Part shown: one piece after another, positions 37,567 to 48,362 of the stretch
Layout: the number at the start of each line of letters is the position of its first letter
How positions within the stretch are numbered: the first letter of the stretch is position 1
NCBI GenBank assembly: GCA_963790475.1
Contig: CAWBOS010000012.1
Span: 1,504,001-1,568,000 of the forward strand
Direction: 5' to 3'
Length of the DNA: 64,000 bases
Source: an uncultured delta proteobacterium
GTDB taxonomy: Bacteria > Desulfobacterota > RBG-13-43-22
Made by a program: the position numbers and the translations under genes
Notes under the pieces: model-generated
Told to the model about the DNA's origin: nothing
The model's input: only the letters and a program-made list of their open reading frames with translations
The model's database searches: none

Positions 37567-38757
37567 ATGCAGTTGGCAGAGCGGATAGGACAAATTAAAC
37601 CGTCCCTGACCTTGGCGGTCGACGCCAAGGCCAAGGCTATGAAAAAATCCGGCCTGGATATCATCAGTTTCGGGGTCGGAGAACCGGATTTTGATACGCC
37701 GGAACATATTAAGGAAGCGGCTATTCAAGCCATTAGGGAAGGGTTTACCAAATACACCCCGGTCAGCGGAATCGATGAACTCAGAGAAGCAGTTGCTTTT
37801 CGATTTAAAGAGGACCTGGGATTGGATTATAAACCCAATGAAGTGGTGGTAACCTGTGGAGGGAAACATGCCCTGTATAATATTGCGCAGGCCTTGTGGG
37901 GACCGGGGGATGAGGTGATCATTCCGGCCCCCTACTGGGTTTCCTATCCGCCCATGGTCCTCTTGGCCGGGGCTAATCCGATTATTGTCGCCACGAAGGG
38001 AAAAAACGGCTTTAAATTGACCCCCGACGAATTAAGATCGGCCATTACCCCCCGGACGAGGGCGATTATCCTGAACAGTCCCTCCAATCCTACTGGATCG
38101 GTTTATTCGAAGAACGAATTAGGGGCCTTGGGAAAGGTGATCCTGGAAAAGGACCTGACGGTCATCAGCGATGACATCTATGATAAGATTCTTTTTGATG
38201 ACCTGAAGTTTTCCAATTTGGCGATGATCGACCCCCGGTTTAAAGAAAGGACCATCGTCGTCAACGGCGCTTCCAAGACTTATGCCATGACCGGTTGGCG
38301 AATCGGTTATCTGGCGGGACCTATTGGCATCGTTAAGGCCATTGATACGGTACAAAGCCACAGTACCTCCAACCCGACCTCCATCGCCCAAAAAGCCAGT
38401 GTGGCGGCTTTAAGGGGACCTCAAGACTCCGTTAAACAAATGGTGGCCGAGTTTGATCGCCGCCGGGTCTATATTGCCGAACGTTTGAAGGCTCTGCCGG
38501 GGGTGAAAACGGCTCTTCCCCAGGGGGCCTTTTATATATTTCCTAATTTTTCTGACTATTATGGTCGAAAAACAGAGGGCCGGTTATTAAAGAATTCTCT
38601 GGACTTAGCCGATTATCTATTAGAGAAGGCCTTGATTGCCGTTGTGCCTGGGGCGGCTTTCGGGGAGGACGGTTGTCTGCGCTTTTCTTATGCCACATCT
38701 CTGGCGCAGATTGAAAAAGGTCTGGATCGGCTGGAAAAAGCCCTTAAAGAACTTTAG
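37567..38757 (+). CDS. Aspartate aminotransferase (class I/II PLP)
   Basis: GEPDF, NSPSNPTG, SDDIY, SKTYAMTGWRIG. Confidence 0.93.
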   Translation: MQLAERIGQIKPSLTLAVDAKAKAMKKSGLDIISFGVGEPDFDTPEHIKEAAIQAIREGFTKYTPVSGIDELREAVAFRFKEDLGLDYKPNEVVVTCGGKHALYNIAQALWGPGDEVIIPAPYWVSYPPMVLLAGANPIIVATKGKNGFKLTPDELRSAITPRTRAIILNSPSNPTGSVYSKNELGALGKVILEKDLTVISDDIYDKILFDDLKFSNLAMIDPRFKERTIVVNGASKTYAMTGWRIGYLAGPIGIVKAIDTVQSHSTSNPTSIAQKASVAALRGPQDSVKQMVAEFDRRRVYIAERLKALPGVKTALPQGAFYIFPNFSDYYGRKTEGRLLKNSLDLADYLLEKALIAVVPGAAFGEDGCLRFSYATSLAQIEKGLDRLEKALKEL

Positions 38758-38851
38758 ACGCGTTTAGGGAGAGGATCGATCAGGATTTTTGGACTTGAGG
38801 TTTAATCCCGGTGCTTTTTACCCTTGGCCATTGGAAGCTTACGTTTTTTTA

Positions 38852-38896
38852 CTGGTGTGAGCCTTCTAAAGCAGCTAAGAAGGCTCATGGCACCAG
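38852..38896. terminator. Hairpin between convergent genes
   Basis: ctggtg-tgagccttct...agaaggctca-tggcaccag. Confidence 0.5.
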
Positions 38897-38923
38897 GGGT
38901 TTCTTCGGTCCCAACAAGGGAAC

Positions 38924-39202
38924 CTATCGGGCACTGCGCTTGGAGGCCTTCAGCGGATTAATCTTGGCGGCGGCTTGGATCGGGGTCTTTTTAATATGAG
39001 TGGCTAAATTGCAGTTTCCCAATTTCCATTTTTGGGAAGGATCGGGATAAGAAAGGCAATATTTTCCACTTTCAAAGTCCTTGCTCCGATCGCAGCCTTC
39101 ACATTGTTCGATTACAGGATAACAGGATCCTCCATTAAACGAACACCCCTTGGGGCTCATGAAGGTGCAGGCGGCTCCGAGTTTTACGGTTGAACAAACC
39201 AT
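38924..39202 (-). CDS. PxxKW-family cysteine-rich protein
   Basis: CxFM...C...CEGC...PSQKW...CNLATH...INPLKASKR. Confidence 0.88.
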   Translation of the reverse strand: MVCSTVKLGAACTFMSPKGCSFNGGSCYPVIEQCEGCDRSKDFESGKYCLSYPDPSQKWKLGNCNLATHIKKTPIQAAAKINPLKASKRSAR

Positions 39203-39318
39203 GGTAATCACCCCCTTTCATTAAACTTAATAAGATAAATAAAAGTTTCTTGTTTGTCAACTTTTTTTTGTAAAATTTTTATACTTAAATTGGTTTTCTA
39301 AAAACGACCTCAAACATT

Positions 39319-41016
39319 ATGTTCAAAAGCAATCGCATTGGAGAATTATTACTTCGGGAACAAAAGATCACGGCCAAACAATTGGACGAGGCCTTAGCCG
39401 AACAAAAGCGTCAAGGCGGACAGTCTAAAATTGGCAACCTTTTGATTCAGAAGGGGTTTATCGACGAAGAGACCCTTTTGCTTTTTTTATCCAAACAATT
39501 CGGATTACCGAAAATCGATCTTTCCCGGATTGAATTTGATCCGGCCTTGGTCGACCTAATCCCGGACAACATCGCCCGGAAATATGAAATCCTGCCCATC
39601 GGCAAAGAGGGGGCCACTTTAAAAATGGCTATCTCCGATCCCTCGAATATCTTTGCCCTGGATGATCTGAAATTCTTGACCGGAAGCAATATTCAGTTGT
39701 TTCTGTCGACTGAAAAACAACTTAAAGAGGCCCTGGACAAGCATTACAACCTGACTTCCACCCTGAATCAGGCCTTGGAAGATCTGAAAGGCATGGAAGT
39801 CGATTTCATCCATCCTGATGAAGAAATGGATGAGACCAGTCTGGAAATTGCCGCCAAAGAGGCCCCGGTGGTCAAATTGGCTAATCTTCTGCTGGTGGAT
39901 GCCATCAAAAGGGGGGCCAGCGATATCCATTTTGAGGCCTATGATCGCGCCTTTCGGGTGCGATATCGTATTGACGGGGTCCTCTATGAGATCATGAATC
40001 CCCCGGTAAAACTGAAAAATGCCCTGGTATCCCGTTTGAAGATCATGTCCAACCTCAATATAGCCGAAAGAAGACTCCCTCAAGACGGTCGGTTAAAATT
40101 GCGGTTTGGAGAAAATCGAGAGATGGATTTTCGGGTTTCGGTCTTGCCGACCCTCTATGGAGAAAAAGTGGTTTTACGACTTCTGGACAAGACCAACCTT
40201 CAGGTTGATTTGGAACGGCTGGGTTTTGAACCGGAGGCCTTGGTTAAATTTTATGAAGCGGTCCATAAACCCTATGGGATGATCTTAGTCACCGGACCCA
40301 CCGGAAGCGGAAAGACCACCACCCTTTATTCCACCCTGGGTGAATTAAATAAAGCTACCCAGAACATTTCCACCGTAGAGGACCCGGTGGAATTGAATAT
40401 TTACGGGATCAATCAGGTTCAGGTTCACGAAGAAATCGGCCTGAGTTTTTCCAATGTGTTACGCTCTTTTCTTCGTCAAGATCCTGATATTATCATGGTA
40501 GGTGAAATACGGGACAAGGAAACAGCGGAAATATCCATCAAGGCGGCCCTAACCGGCCATCTGGTCCTGAGCACCCTGCATACCAACGATGCTTCCAACA
40601 CCGTTACCCGATTATTGGATATGGGGATTGAGCCATTTCTGGTCGCTTCTTCGATGAACCTGGTGGTGGCCCAGAGACTGGTTCGAAAATTATGCCCCAA
40701 CTGCAAAAAAAAGGTTGAGAAATCCACAGATTTATTTAAAGAGTTCAATCTGGATCCCGATATCCACAGCTTGTCGGAAACAGTCGGTTGCCCGGCCTGC
40801 AATTTTTCAGGGTTTAAAGGGCGAACCGCGATTTATGAGGTCCTGCCTTTTTTTGAAAAACTGAAAGAACTGATCTTCGAAAGGGCCTCTGCGGCCGAAA
40901 TAAAAAAAATAGCCCGGACCGAGGGGATGAAAACCCTTCGAGAGAGCGGGATCACTAAGGTGTTGGAAGGGGTGACCACCCTTGAAGAAGTTATCCGGGT
41001 TACGGATAAGGACTAA
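39319..41016 (+). CDS. pilB: Type IV-A pilus assembly ATPase
   Basis: MshEN-like RIGELL N-terminus, ASDIHFE, GPTGSGKTT, RQDPDIIMVGEIRD, CPNC/CPAC. Confidence 0.95.
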   Translation: MFKSNRIGELLLREQKITAKQLDEALAEQKRQGGQSKIGNLLIQKGFIDEETLLLFLSKQFGLPKIDLSRIEFDPALVDLIPDNIARKYEILPIGKEGATLKMAISDPSNIFALDDLKFLTGSNIQLFLSTEKQLKEALDKHYNLTSTLNQALEDLKGMEVDFIHPDEEMDETSLEIAAKEAPVVKLANLLLVDAIKRGASDIHFEAYDRAFRVRYRIDGVLYEIMNPPVKLKNALVSRLKIMSNLNIAERRLPQDGRLKLRFGENREMDFRVSVLPTLYGEKVVLRLLDKTNLQVDLERLGFEPEALVKFYEAVHKPYGMILVTGPTGSGKTTTLYSTLGELNKATQNISTVEDPVELNIYGINQVQVHEEIGLSFSNVLRSFLRQDPDIIMVGEIRDKETAEISIKAALTGHLVLSTLHTNDASNTVTRLLDMGIEPFLVASSMNLVVAQRLVRKLCPNCKKKVEKSTDLFKEFNLDPDIHSLSETVGCPACNFSGFKGRTAIYEVLPFFEKLKELIFERASAAEIKKIARTEGMKTLRESGITKVLEGVTTLEEVIRVTDKD

Positions 41017-41037
41017 CCAAAACTATTTGAAGTTATT

Positions 41038-41135
41038 GAATCCAGAATCCAGGAGTCAGAATTCAGAATGAGAGGGAGTCGTTAACAAGCTTTTCCGGTT
41101 TTATTCTGAATTCAGGATTCTGAATCCTGGATTCT
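41038..41135. repeat. Inverted heptamer repeat arrays
   Basis: gaatccagaatccaggagtcagaattcagaat ... attctgaattcaggattctgaatcctggattc. Confidence 0.75.
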
Positions 41136-41221
41136 AAACATTACAGCGAAGATTGATTACTAAAATATTAGGGATAGATTCATAAATAATAATTTGTAAG
41201 AATCTTATTAAGGACTCCAAC

Positions 41222-42430
41222 ATGCCGACCTATACCTGGCAAGGAAAATCAAAGCAGGGCGAAGTTAAAAGAGGGGAACTGGTGGCCGATAACCCGGCCG
41301 TGGCCCGCTTACAACTCCGAAAAATGGGCCTCCAGCCTGATCGTGTTCAGGAGAAAAGGGAACAGTCGGTCAAGAGATTGGCCTTTCGGAAAAAAATTCC
41401 CAGGAAATTGATTGTTATCTTTACCCGCCAGTTTGCTACGATGATCAATGCCGGTCTCCCCTTGATCCAATGTCTAAATATCCTGGCCACCCAACAGGAG
41501 AACGCCTCTTTTTCCAATGTCATAACCCGGGTCAAAGGGGATGTGGAAAGCGGACAATCCTTGAACGAAGCCTTAAAAAAACATCCCAAGGTCTTTGATG
41601 AGCTTTATACCAATCTGGTGCAAGCCGGCGAAACCGGCGGGATCCTGGATGTCATTCTAAACCGGCTGTCCGCTTATATCGAAAAGAGCGAGAAGCTCAA
41701 AAAAAAAGTTAAAGGGGCTATGGTCTACCCGGCGGTGGTTTCCGGGGTTGCGGTGGTTGTTACCGCGGTTATTTTGCTTTTCGTAATCCCGGTTTTCGAA
41801 AAAATGTTTTCCGAAGTCGGTCAATCCCTCCCGGCCCCCACCCGATTTGTCATCAACTTGAGCCGTTTTGTAACCAATAATTTTCTTTATATCCTGGTCG
41901 GGGCCGTGGCTTTCATTTATATTCTGCGCCGGATTTATCGGACCGAAAAAGGCAAATATTTAATGGATGATCTTTTTTTGAAATTGCCGATTTTCGGCAT
42001 GTTGCTCCGAAAGGTGGCTGTGGCCAAGTTTACCCGAACCTTTGGAACCATGGTCAGCAGTGGGGTGCCAATTTTAGAAGCCATGGACATTGTAGCCAAA
42101 TCCTCCGGGAACAAAGTGGTGGAAAAGGCCATTTATAAGGCCCGGGGGAGTATTGCCCAGGGAAGGACCATTTCCGAACCATTGGAGGAAAGCAAGGTTT
42201 TTCCCCGTATGGTAACTCAGATGATCGGGGTTGGTGAGGCCTCAGGGGAACTGGATACCATGCTCAATAAAATCGCCGACTTTTATGATGACGATGTCGA
42301 TGCTGCTGTCAATAACCTGACTTCCATGATGGAGCCGATTATGATGGTGATTCTGGGAGGGATCGTCGGTGGATTGGTAATTTCCATGTATTTGCCGATC
42401 TTTAAGATGGGAGAAGCCATTACCGGTTAA
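41222..42430 (+). CDS. pilC: Type IV pilus platform protein (T2SS F family)
   Basis: FTRQFATMINAGLPL, AGETGG, AMVYP, SMYLPIF. Confidence 0.95.
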   Translation: MPTYTWQGKSKQGEVKRGELVADNPAVARLQLRKMGLQPDRVQEKREQSVKRLAFRKKIPRKLIVIFTRQFATMINAGLPLIQCLNILATQQENASFSNVITRVKGDVESGQSLNEALKKHPKVFDELYTNLVQAGETGGILDVILNRLSAYIEKSEKLKKKVKGAMVYPAVVSGVAVVVTAVILLFVIPVFEKMFSEVGQSLPAPTRFVINLSRFVTNNFLYILVGAVAFIYILRRIYRTEKGKYLMDDLFLKLPIFGMLLRKVAVAKFTRTFGTMVSSGVPILEAMDIVAKSSGNKVVEKAIYKARGSIAQGRTISEPLEESKVFPRMVTQMIGVGEASGELDTMLNKIADFYDDDVDAAVNNLTSMMEPIMMVILGGIVGGLVISMYLPIFKMGEAITG

Positions 42431-42603
42431 TGATTTCCGGCGAGGTTGAAGGATTGTCCGGAAAAGCGGGCTGAAGTTGTCTCCTCCCCGCGAATTCAAA
42501 GCAAAAGGGAGCCGCCCAAATTCTTTTCTTTAAACGATTCCAAACCCATTGCCAGTTTGATCCTGCTCCGATGTTTAACACTTTTATCCTGAGATGAACG
42601 TTC

Positions 42604-44325
42604 ATGATATCCTTTTCCCTCATAACGAACTCCACTCCGGCCGAAGAATTCTCTTCGCGGAACTGGTTTTATATTGAAGAAGATTTTTTACGGAAAACCC
42701 GGTGGCTTGTTTTATGGCGGCTGGTTTTCATTTCCTCCTTTCTTTTGCTGACTGTGTTCCTTCATGAGAAAGAGTTTTTTATCCGCTTTCCTTCTGGTTT
42801 TTCTCCTGTCTATTCCCTGATCGCCCTGCAATATTTTTTTTCAATCCTCTATCTCCTTTTTCTTTTGCGGGGGACGGCTGTCAAAAGAATTGCCCTTTTA
42901 CAGTTAGGTTTGGACGGACTTTTCGTAACGGGCGTAGTCTATGCCACTGGTGGCATAGAGAGTTTTTTTTCCTACCTCTATTTTTTAGTCATTTTGGCCT
43001 CCGGCCTCCTTTTTTTTCGAAAGGGTGGATTATTATCCGCCCTCTATGTAGGAGTATTGTACACCCTTCTCCTTTTGCTCCAAGGTTTCGGTAAAATCCC
43101 CTTCTATTACGGGTCGACCGAGCAACCCCCTTTTGTTTCCCAGAGGTATCTCTTTTATCAGATCGTTATGAATGGGATGGGCTTTTTTTTTGTGGGTTAC
43201 CTCAGCAGCATTCTTGCCGAACAAACCCAAAAACAACGAAGCCAGATTGAAAGGCAGAGGAAGAATATCGATCAATTAGAGGAACTGAACCGGATCGTCA
43301 TCGAGAACCTGGATATCGGATTGATCACTCTGGATTATGAAAACAAAATCCAGAGCATTAACCGGGCTGGAGAGAAAATTCTGGGCCGGCGGGCAGGCGA
43401 TTTAGTCCATCGGCCTCTGAACACCTTGTTTCCCGATTTGGAGGGGGGTCTTGACTTCAATGGCATTCTCGAGGGAAAGCGCATGGAGACCGCCTATATT
43501 ACCCCTGAGGGGGGAGTCACCACTTTAGGTTTTTCCTTTAATCGGGTTAAAGAAAATCGATCTCAAGGGATTGGGAAAATAATTTCTTTTAAAAACATCT
43601 CTCAAATTAAAATCATGGAAGAACACCTGCGTCAGGTAGATCGTTTAGCCTTAATGGGAAAAATGGCGGCCGGGATCGCTCATGAAGTCAGAAATCCCCT
43701 GGCTTCGATCAGCGGATCGATCCAGGTCTTGAAGGATGATTTTAAAGGAAAAGGAACCGGGGAACGCCTTTTAAATATTATTTCCAGGGAGGTGTCCAAA
43801 CTGGATTCTTTAATGAATGATTTTCTGGCCTTTACCAAACCGGTTCAAGCGATTCAAACCCGTTTGAATATTTCGGAATTAATCCTGGAAACGGTTGATC
43901 TGATTAAAAAGAATAGACAGTTTTCCTCGACCATTACCTGGAAATTGGAGATCACCCCCGCCCTTTTCCTTAAAATTTCCGCCGGAGAGCTGTCGCAGAT
44001 TTTATGGAATCTTCTGATGAACGCCCTGCAGGCCGTTCCTGCCGATGGTGAGATTTCCATTGCCGCCCGGCAACTGCGAACAGAAAATCAAGAGGACTGG
44101 ATAGAAATTAAAGTGCAAGATAACGGCTCCGGTATCAGCGAGGGGGATCAGGTTAAAATTTTTGAACCTTTCTTTACAACCAAAGATCGAGGGACCGGGC
44201 TTGGTTTGAGCATCGTTCAAAAACTGATTTCTGATCTTGGCGGAAATATCCATTTGGTGAGTTCTTCAGGAAAAGGAGCTGAATTTACCATCCAATTACC
44301 TAACCCGGACAAGCCGGAACCATAG
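42604..44325 (+). CDS. pilS: PilS-like PAS sensor histidine kinase
   Basis: Six TM helices, PAS domain, AHEVRNPL, NLLMNA, DNGSG, PFFTTK, GTGLGL; follows pilC. Confidence 0.8.
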   Translation: MISFSLITNSTPAEEFSSRNWFYIEEDFLRKTRWLVLWRLVFISSFLLLTVFLHEKEFFIRFPSGFSPVYSLIALQYFFSILYLLFLLRGTAVKRIALLQLGLDGLFVTGVVYATGGIESFFSYLYFLVILASGLLFFRKGGLLSALYVGVLYTLLLLLQGFGKIPFYYGSTEQPPFVSQRYLFYQIVMNGMGFFFVGYLSSILAEQTQKQRSQIERQRKNIDQLEELNRIVIENLDIGLITLDYENKIQSINRAGEKILGRRAGDLVHRPLNTLFPDLEGGLDFNGILEGKRMETAYITPEGGVTTLGFSFNRVKENRSQGIGKIISFKNISQIKIMEEHLRQVDRLALMGKMAAGIAHEVRNPLASISGSIQVLKDDFKGKGTGERLLNIISREVSKLDSLMNDFLAFTKPVQAIQTRLNISELILETVDLIKKNRQFSSTITWKLEITPALFLKISAGELSQILWNLLMNALQAVPADGEISIAARQLRTENQEDWIEIKVQDNGSGISEGDQVKIFEPFFTTKDRGTGLGLSIVQKLISDLGGNIHLVSSSGKGAEFTIQLPNPDKPEP

Positions 44326-44345
44326 TTGAAATATTGGAACATGTG

Positions 44346-44561
44346 GTGGATTCGTAAAAAGTCGCCGAAAGCCTATTTTCGTCATTCCCTTGAAAAAGGG
44401 AATCCAGTGTTTTTAATAAGTTGAGAATAGCCTGGATTCCCGCCTCCGCGGGAATGACGACGAAATATTCTATCCAATTTGAGTAGAATTCTATTCCTAA
44501 GTTACTAAGGAGGCCGGTTAAATTGATTAGGAATAGTGATGGACTTTTTACGAGTCCATCA
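44346..44561. repeat. Palindromic MITE/REP-like element, copy 5
   Basis: IRs ggattcgtaaaaagtc / gactttttacgagtcc around gtcattccc...gggaatccag...ctggattcccgc..gcgggaatgac. Confidence 0.8.
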
Positions 44562-44600
44562 CTATTGACATCAAGGAAAGTTTGGGTTAAGAAAAAATCC

Positions 44601-45239
44601 ATGATTAGTATTATAGACTATAAGGCCGGCAATCTGACCAGCGTGGAAAGGGCTTTGAAGAAATTATCCATCCCTTGCCGGATTACCCAAGATCCGGATT
44701 TTATCCTGCAATCGGATCGGGTTATTTTTCCTGGGGTTGGTGCCGCCGGTGAGGCCATGAAGGTCCTCCGGGCTGCCGGGCTGGATGAAGCCATCAAAGC
44801 CTTCTTTCGTTCCGGACGTCCTTTATTGGGAATTTGCCTGGGGACCCAGGTTATTTTGGATTTCAGCCAGGAAAATCAAACCGCCTGTCTGGGGATCCTT
44901 CCCGGGGAAGTGGTTCGTTTTCCCGACCCTCACCTGGATGAAAATGGAAAGGTTCTAAAGATACCCCACATGGGCTGGAACCGGGTGGATTGGAGTCGGT
45001 CCCATCCTCTGGTTCGAACCCTGCCGCCAGAGAGCACCTTTTATTTCGTCCATTCCTATTACCCGGTTCCCCGGGAAGAAAACCATATTCTGGGCCGGAC
45101 TCATTATGGATTTTCCTTCCCTTCGGCCCTGGCTTACAAGAATTTAGCGGCCCTTCAATTCCATCCTGAAAAGAGCGGACCTCCGGGTCTGGCCTTTTTG
45201 AAGGCCTTTTCCGAATGGGAGGGACAGGATGCTGACTAA
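44601..45239 (+). CDS. hisH: Imidazole glycerol phosphate synthase glutaminase subunit
   Basis: [33 protein letters not shown]. Confidence 0.96.
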   Translation: MISIIDYKAGNLTSVERALKKLSIPCRITQDPDFILQSDRVIFPGVGAAGEAMKVLRAAGLDEAIKAFFRSGRPLLGICLGTQVILDFSQENQTACLGILPGEVVRFPDPHLDENGKVLKIPHMGWNRVDWSRSHPLVRTLPPESTFYFVHSYYPVPREENHILGRTHYGFSFPSALAYKNLAALQFHPEKSGPPGLAFLKAFSEWEGQDAD

Positions 45240-46008
45240 ACGTATTATCCCCTGTCTGGATGTGCGGGATGGGAAAACCACCAAAGGGATCCGTTTCAAA
45301 AATAATATCGACATTGGAGACCCGGTAGAAATGGCCCGCTTTTATTATGAAGAAGGGGCGGATGAATTGGTTTTCTACGATATCACGGCTTCAGCGGAAA
45401 AAAGGGCGATCATGATCGAAGTGGTTCAGCGGGTCGCCGAAGAAATATTTATCCCCTTTTCAGTTGGAGGAGGAATAACCTCTCTGGAAGATATGCGTCA
45501 GGTCCTTTTGGCCGGGGCGGAAAAAGTCAGTATTAATTCAGCGGCGATAAAAAACCCTTTATTGATCCAGGAAGGGGCTCAGGCTTTTGGCGGACAATGC
45601 ATTGTATTGGGCATGGACGTCAAAAAAGTCCCGTCCCATCCTGCTGTTCCCTCCGGATATGAGATGGTCATTCATGGTGGCCGGACTTTTACCGGGATTG
45701 ATGCCTTGTGGTGGGCCAGAGAAGCGGCTCGCCTGGGGGCCGGCGAAATCTGTTTGAATTCTATTGATGCCGATGGAACCCAAAAAGGCTATGAAATGGA
45801 TTTGACGGCTTTGATTTCCGAAGCCGTTTCCATTCCCGTGATTGCTTCCGGAGGGGCCGGCCTTCCAGAACATATCGGCCAGGTTTTAGGACAGGGGAAG
45901 GCCGATGCGGCCCTGATCGCCTCCATGACCCATTATGGGGCTTATACGGTTCGTCAAATCAAAGATTATTTAAGAGACCAAGGGATACCGGTGAGGTATA
46001 TCTGGTAG
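45229..46008 (+). CDS. hisF: Imidazole glycerol phosphate synthase cyclase subunit
   Basis: [34 protein letters not shown]. Confidence 0.97.
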   Translation: MLTKRIIPCLDVRDGKTTKGIRFKNNIDIGDPVEMARFYYEEGADELVFYDITASAEKRAIMIEVVQRVAEEIFIPFSVGGGITSLEDMRQVLLAGAEKVSINSAAIKNPLLIQEGAQAFGGQCIVLGMDVKKVPSHPAVPSGYEMVIHGGRTFTGIDALWWAREAARLGAGEICLNSIDADGTQKGYEMDLTALISEAVSIPVIASGGAGLPEHIGQVLGQGKADAALIASMTHYGAYTVRQIKDYLRDQGIPVRYIW

Positions 46009-46123
46009 CTCATCGCTCATTACTGATAGCGGATAGCCCAGAACTAAAAACAAAAAAGGGAGGTCTTTCCCTTGGAGCTATGAGCGTAGAGTTATGAGTT
46101 TCTCAGCTAAAAAGGAAGGCTTT

Positions 46124-46918
46124 ATGTTCAGTCCAACAAACTTTTTTGATTCTGCGGATTGGGAACACCAGGAACTCTTCTCCGACGTTAAACAGATCTG
46201 GGAAGTTTTGCCGAAGATAAAACCTTATTTGCAGTCCAGGGTTCGCTCCAACCTGGAAGGAATTCTCCAGGATGGCCCTTTTCTACCCCGAATGGTTGTT
46301 TTATACCAGGGACGGGTTTTGGAGAAGGGGATCTCAATCATTCCCGGAGATGCCACCAAAGGGCATTTCAGGGTTGTTTATGAAAACCAGGAACTGAAGG
46401 AGGCCACCGTTTTGTTTGGCGGTGTTACCCTGATCGGAAAGGATATTTTTATAGGTCAGGGGACGGTGGTAGAAACCGGGGCCTATATCCAAGGCCCGAC
46501 CTTTATTGGCCGGCAAACCGAGATACGCCAGGGGGCCTATCTGCGTGGCGGATGCCTGGTGGGAGATCGTTGCGTGGTAGGCCATGTGACCGAAATGAAA
46601 AATTCCGTGATGCTTAACGGGGCCAAGGCCGGTCATTTTGCTTATATCGGCGACAGCCTTTTGGGAAAAGACTGCAATCTGGGGGCCGGCACCAAACTCG
46701 CCAATCTTAAAATGATTAATAATACTATTAAGGTGAAAGGTGTCGACAAAACCCACGACACCGGCCTCAGGAAATTCGGGGCTGTTTTGGGAGATCATAC
46801 GGAGACGGGGTGCAATTCCGTCACCAATCCCGGAACACTGTTGGGGCCGAAGAGTATCGTGGGACCCAACGCCACGGTTAAGGCCGGATTTTATCCCCGT
46901 CAATCGGTCATTCGATAA
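46124..46918 (+). CDS. Hexapeptide-repeat acetyltransferase (GlmU C-terminal-like)
   Basis: Left-handed beta-helix repeats, HFAYIGDSLLG, NLGAGT, TGLRKFGA. Confidence 0.85.
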   Translation: MFSPTNFFDSADWEHQELFSDVKQIWEVLPKIKPYLQSRVRSNLEGILQDGPFLPRMVVLYQGRVLEKGISIIPGDATKGHFRVVYENQELKEATVLFGGVTLIGKDIFIGQGTVVETGAYIQGPTFIGRQTEIRQGAYLRGGCLVGDRCVVGHVTEMKNSVMLNGAKAGHFAYIGDSLLGKDCNLGAGTKLANLKMINNTIKVKGVDKTHDTGLRKFGAVLGDHTETGCNSVTNPGTLLGPKSIVGPNATVKAGFYPRQSVIR

Positions 46919-46997
46919 CCTCGATTATCTTGATAGCTGACTGCCCATAGCTCTTTAGAGGCCTGCCGGGTTCTAATTAATAATTCTTGGATTTTTC

Positions 46998-47780
46998 ATG
47001 ACAAACGGATTTCGTATTGCTTTCAGTCATCGTTTTAAAGAGTGCCCGGGTGTGGCGATCATCCAGGCCCGGCCCAATTTTTCTGACTATACGCCAGAGG
47101 AAAAACAGCAAATAAGGACGGCCGAGAAGATCTATTACCCGACGCCGCTTTACGTTGATCTGTTTATGACCATGAGGAAGGCGATTTTCCCCAGTCGGGA
47201 AACCTATGTTTATTCCGGTGACAAGATAAAACAGACCGCCCTCTTTGAATTTTTGCAGATTCCTCACCCCCGGACGCGGGTCTATTTCGGACAGCAAAAA
47301 AAAAGGATTCAAAAAGATTTTGGATTTCCCTTCATTGCCAAGGTTCCCCGGGGATCTTCTATGGGACGGGGAGTCTTTCTGATCCATAATGAAGAAGAGT
47401 TAAGACGTTATCTGCAACGATCTCCTGTGGCGTATATACAGGAGTATCTTCCCCTGGATCGGGATCTGAGGGTGATCCTGATTAATCATCAGATCATATT
47501 ATCCTATTGGAAAATTGCCCCTCCGGGGGAATTCCGGAATAATTTGGCGCAAGGTGCTTCCATCCATTTCGATGAAATCCCGGAGGAGGCCCTGGCCTTT
47601 GCCGTCCGGGTCACCCGAAGGTGCAATTTTGATGACGTCGGATTGGATTTGTGCCATACTTCCGATAAAGGGTGGATGGTCCTGGAGGCCAATATGAACT
47701 ATGGGCTGCAGGGATTAAAAGAAAAAGGTCTGGATATTCGGGTAGTGTTAAAAGAGTTAATGATACAAGGGAAGATTTGA
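46998..47780 (+). CDS. RimK-like ATP-grasp ligase
   Basis: DKIKQ, FPFIAK...GSSMGRGV, YIQEYL..DRDLR, LEAN. Confidence 0.85.
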   Translation: MTNGFRIAFSHRFKECPGVAIIQARPNFSDYTPEEKQQIRTAEKIYYPTPLYVDLFMTMRKAIFPSRETYVYSGDKIKQTALFEFLQIPHPRTRVYFGQQKKRIQKDFGFPFIAKVPRGSSMGRGVFLIHNEEELRRYLQRSPVAYIQEYLPLDRDLRVILINHQIILSYWKIAPPGEFRNNLAQGASIHFDEIPEEALAFAVRVTRRCNFDDVGLDLCHTSDKGWMVLEANMNYGLQGLKEKGLDIRVVLKELMIQGKI

Positions 47781-47945
47781 TGTCTTAACTCAAGAGCGAA
47801 GAACGAAAATTGAAGTCCGGAAGGCGGAAGCCGGTAAAAATAAAGTCTCCCGTCTTGATTTCCGACTCCTGAATCCCATCCGTCATTAATGCCGAATTCC
47901 TAATTTGGCATGATTATTTTGTGAAAAAGGATTTTAGAAAATTTT

Positions 47946-48356
47946 ATGATGGTCCTTGATTTACAATGCGCCAATGAACATTTTTTTGAAGGCTGGTTTG
48001 CCAATTCAGAAGCCTTTTATCACCAGAAAGAAGCCGGTGAAATTCGATGTCCGGTTTGTGAAGACAATCAGATCAACCAAGTTTTATCTCCGGTTGCCAT
48101 CAAACGCTCTTCTCGTTTTTCAAGCGCGGAGGAAGAGTTTAACCCAGCGATCCAAAAAATACGGGATGTTTATAAATATATTGAAGAAAACTTCGAAGAA
48201 GTGGGGACCGAATTTGCCAAAGAGGCCTTAAAAATGCATTACGGGGTTACCGATCAACGAAATATCAGGGGAACTTCGACCACCGATGAGGAAAAAACAT
48301 TAAAAGAAGAAGGTGTGGAATTTCATAAAATCCCTTTCCCCAAGAAAGATCAGTAG
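47946..48356 (+). CDS. DUF1178 family protein
   Basis: DLQC..EHFFEGWF, CPVC, FAKEALKMHYG, RNIRG. Confidence 0.9.
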   Translation: MMVLDLQCANEHFFEGWFANSEAFYHQKEAGEIRCPVCEDNQINQVLSPVAIKRSSRFSSAEEEFNPAIQKIRDVYKYIEENFEEVGTEFAKEALKMHYGVTDQRNIRGTSTTDEEKTLKEEGVEFHKIPFPKKDQ

Positions 48357-48362
48357 ATCACC

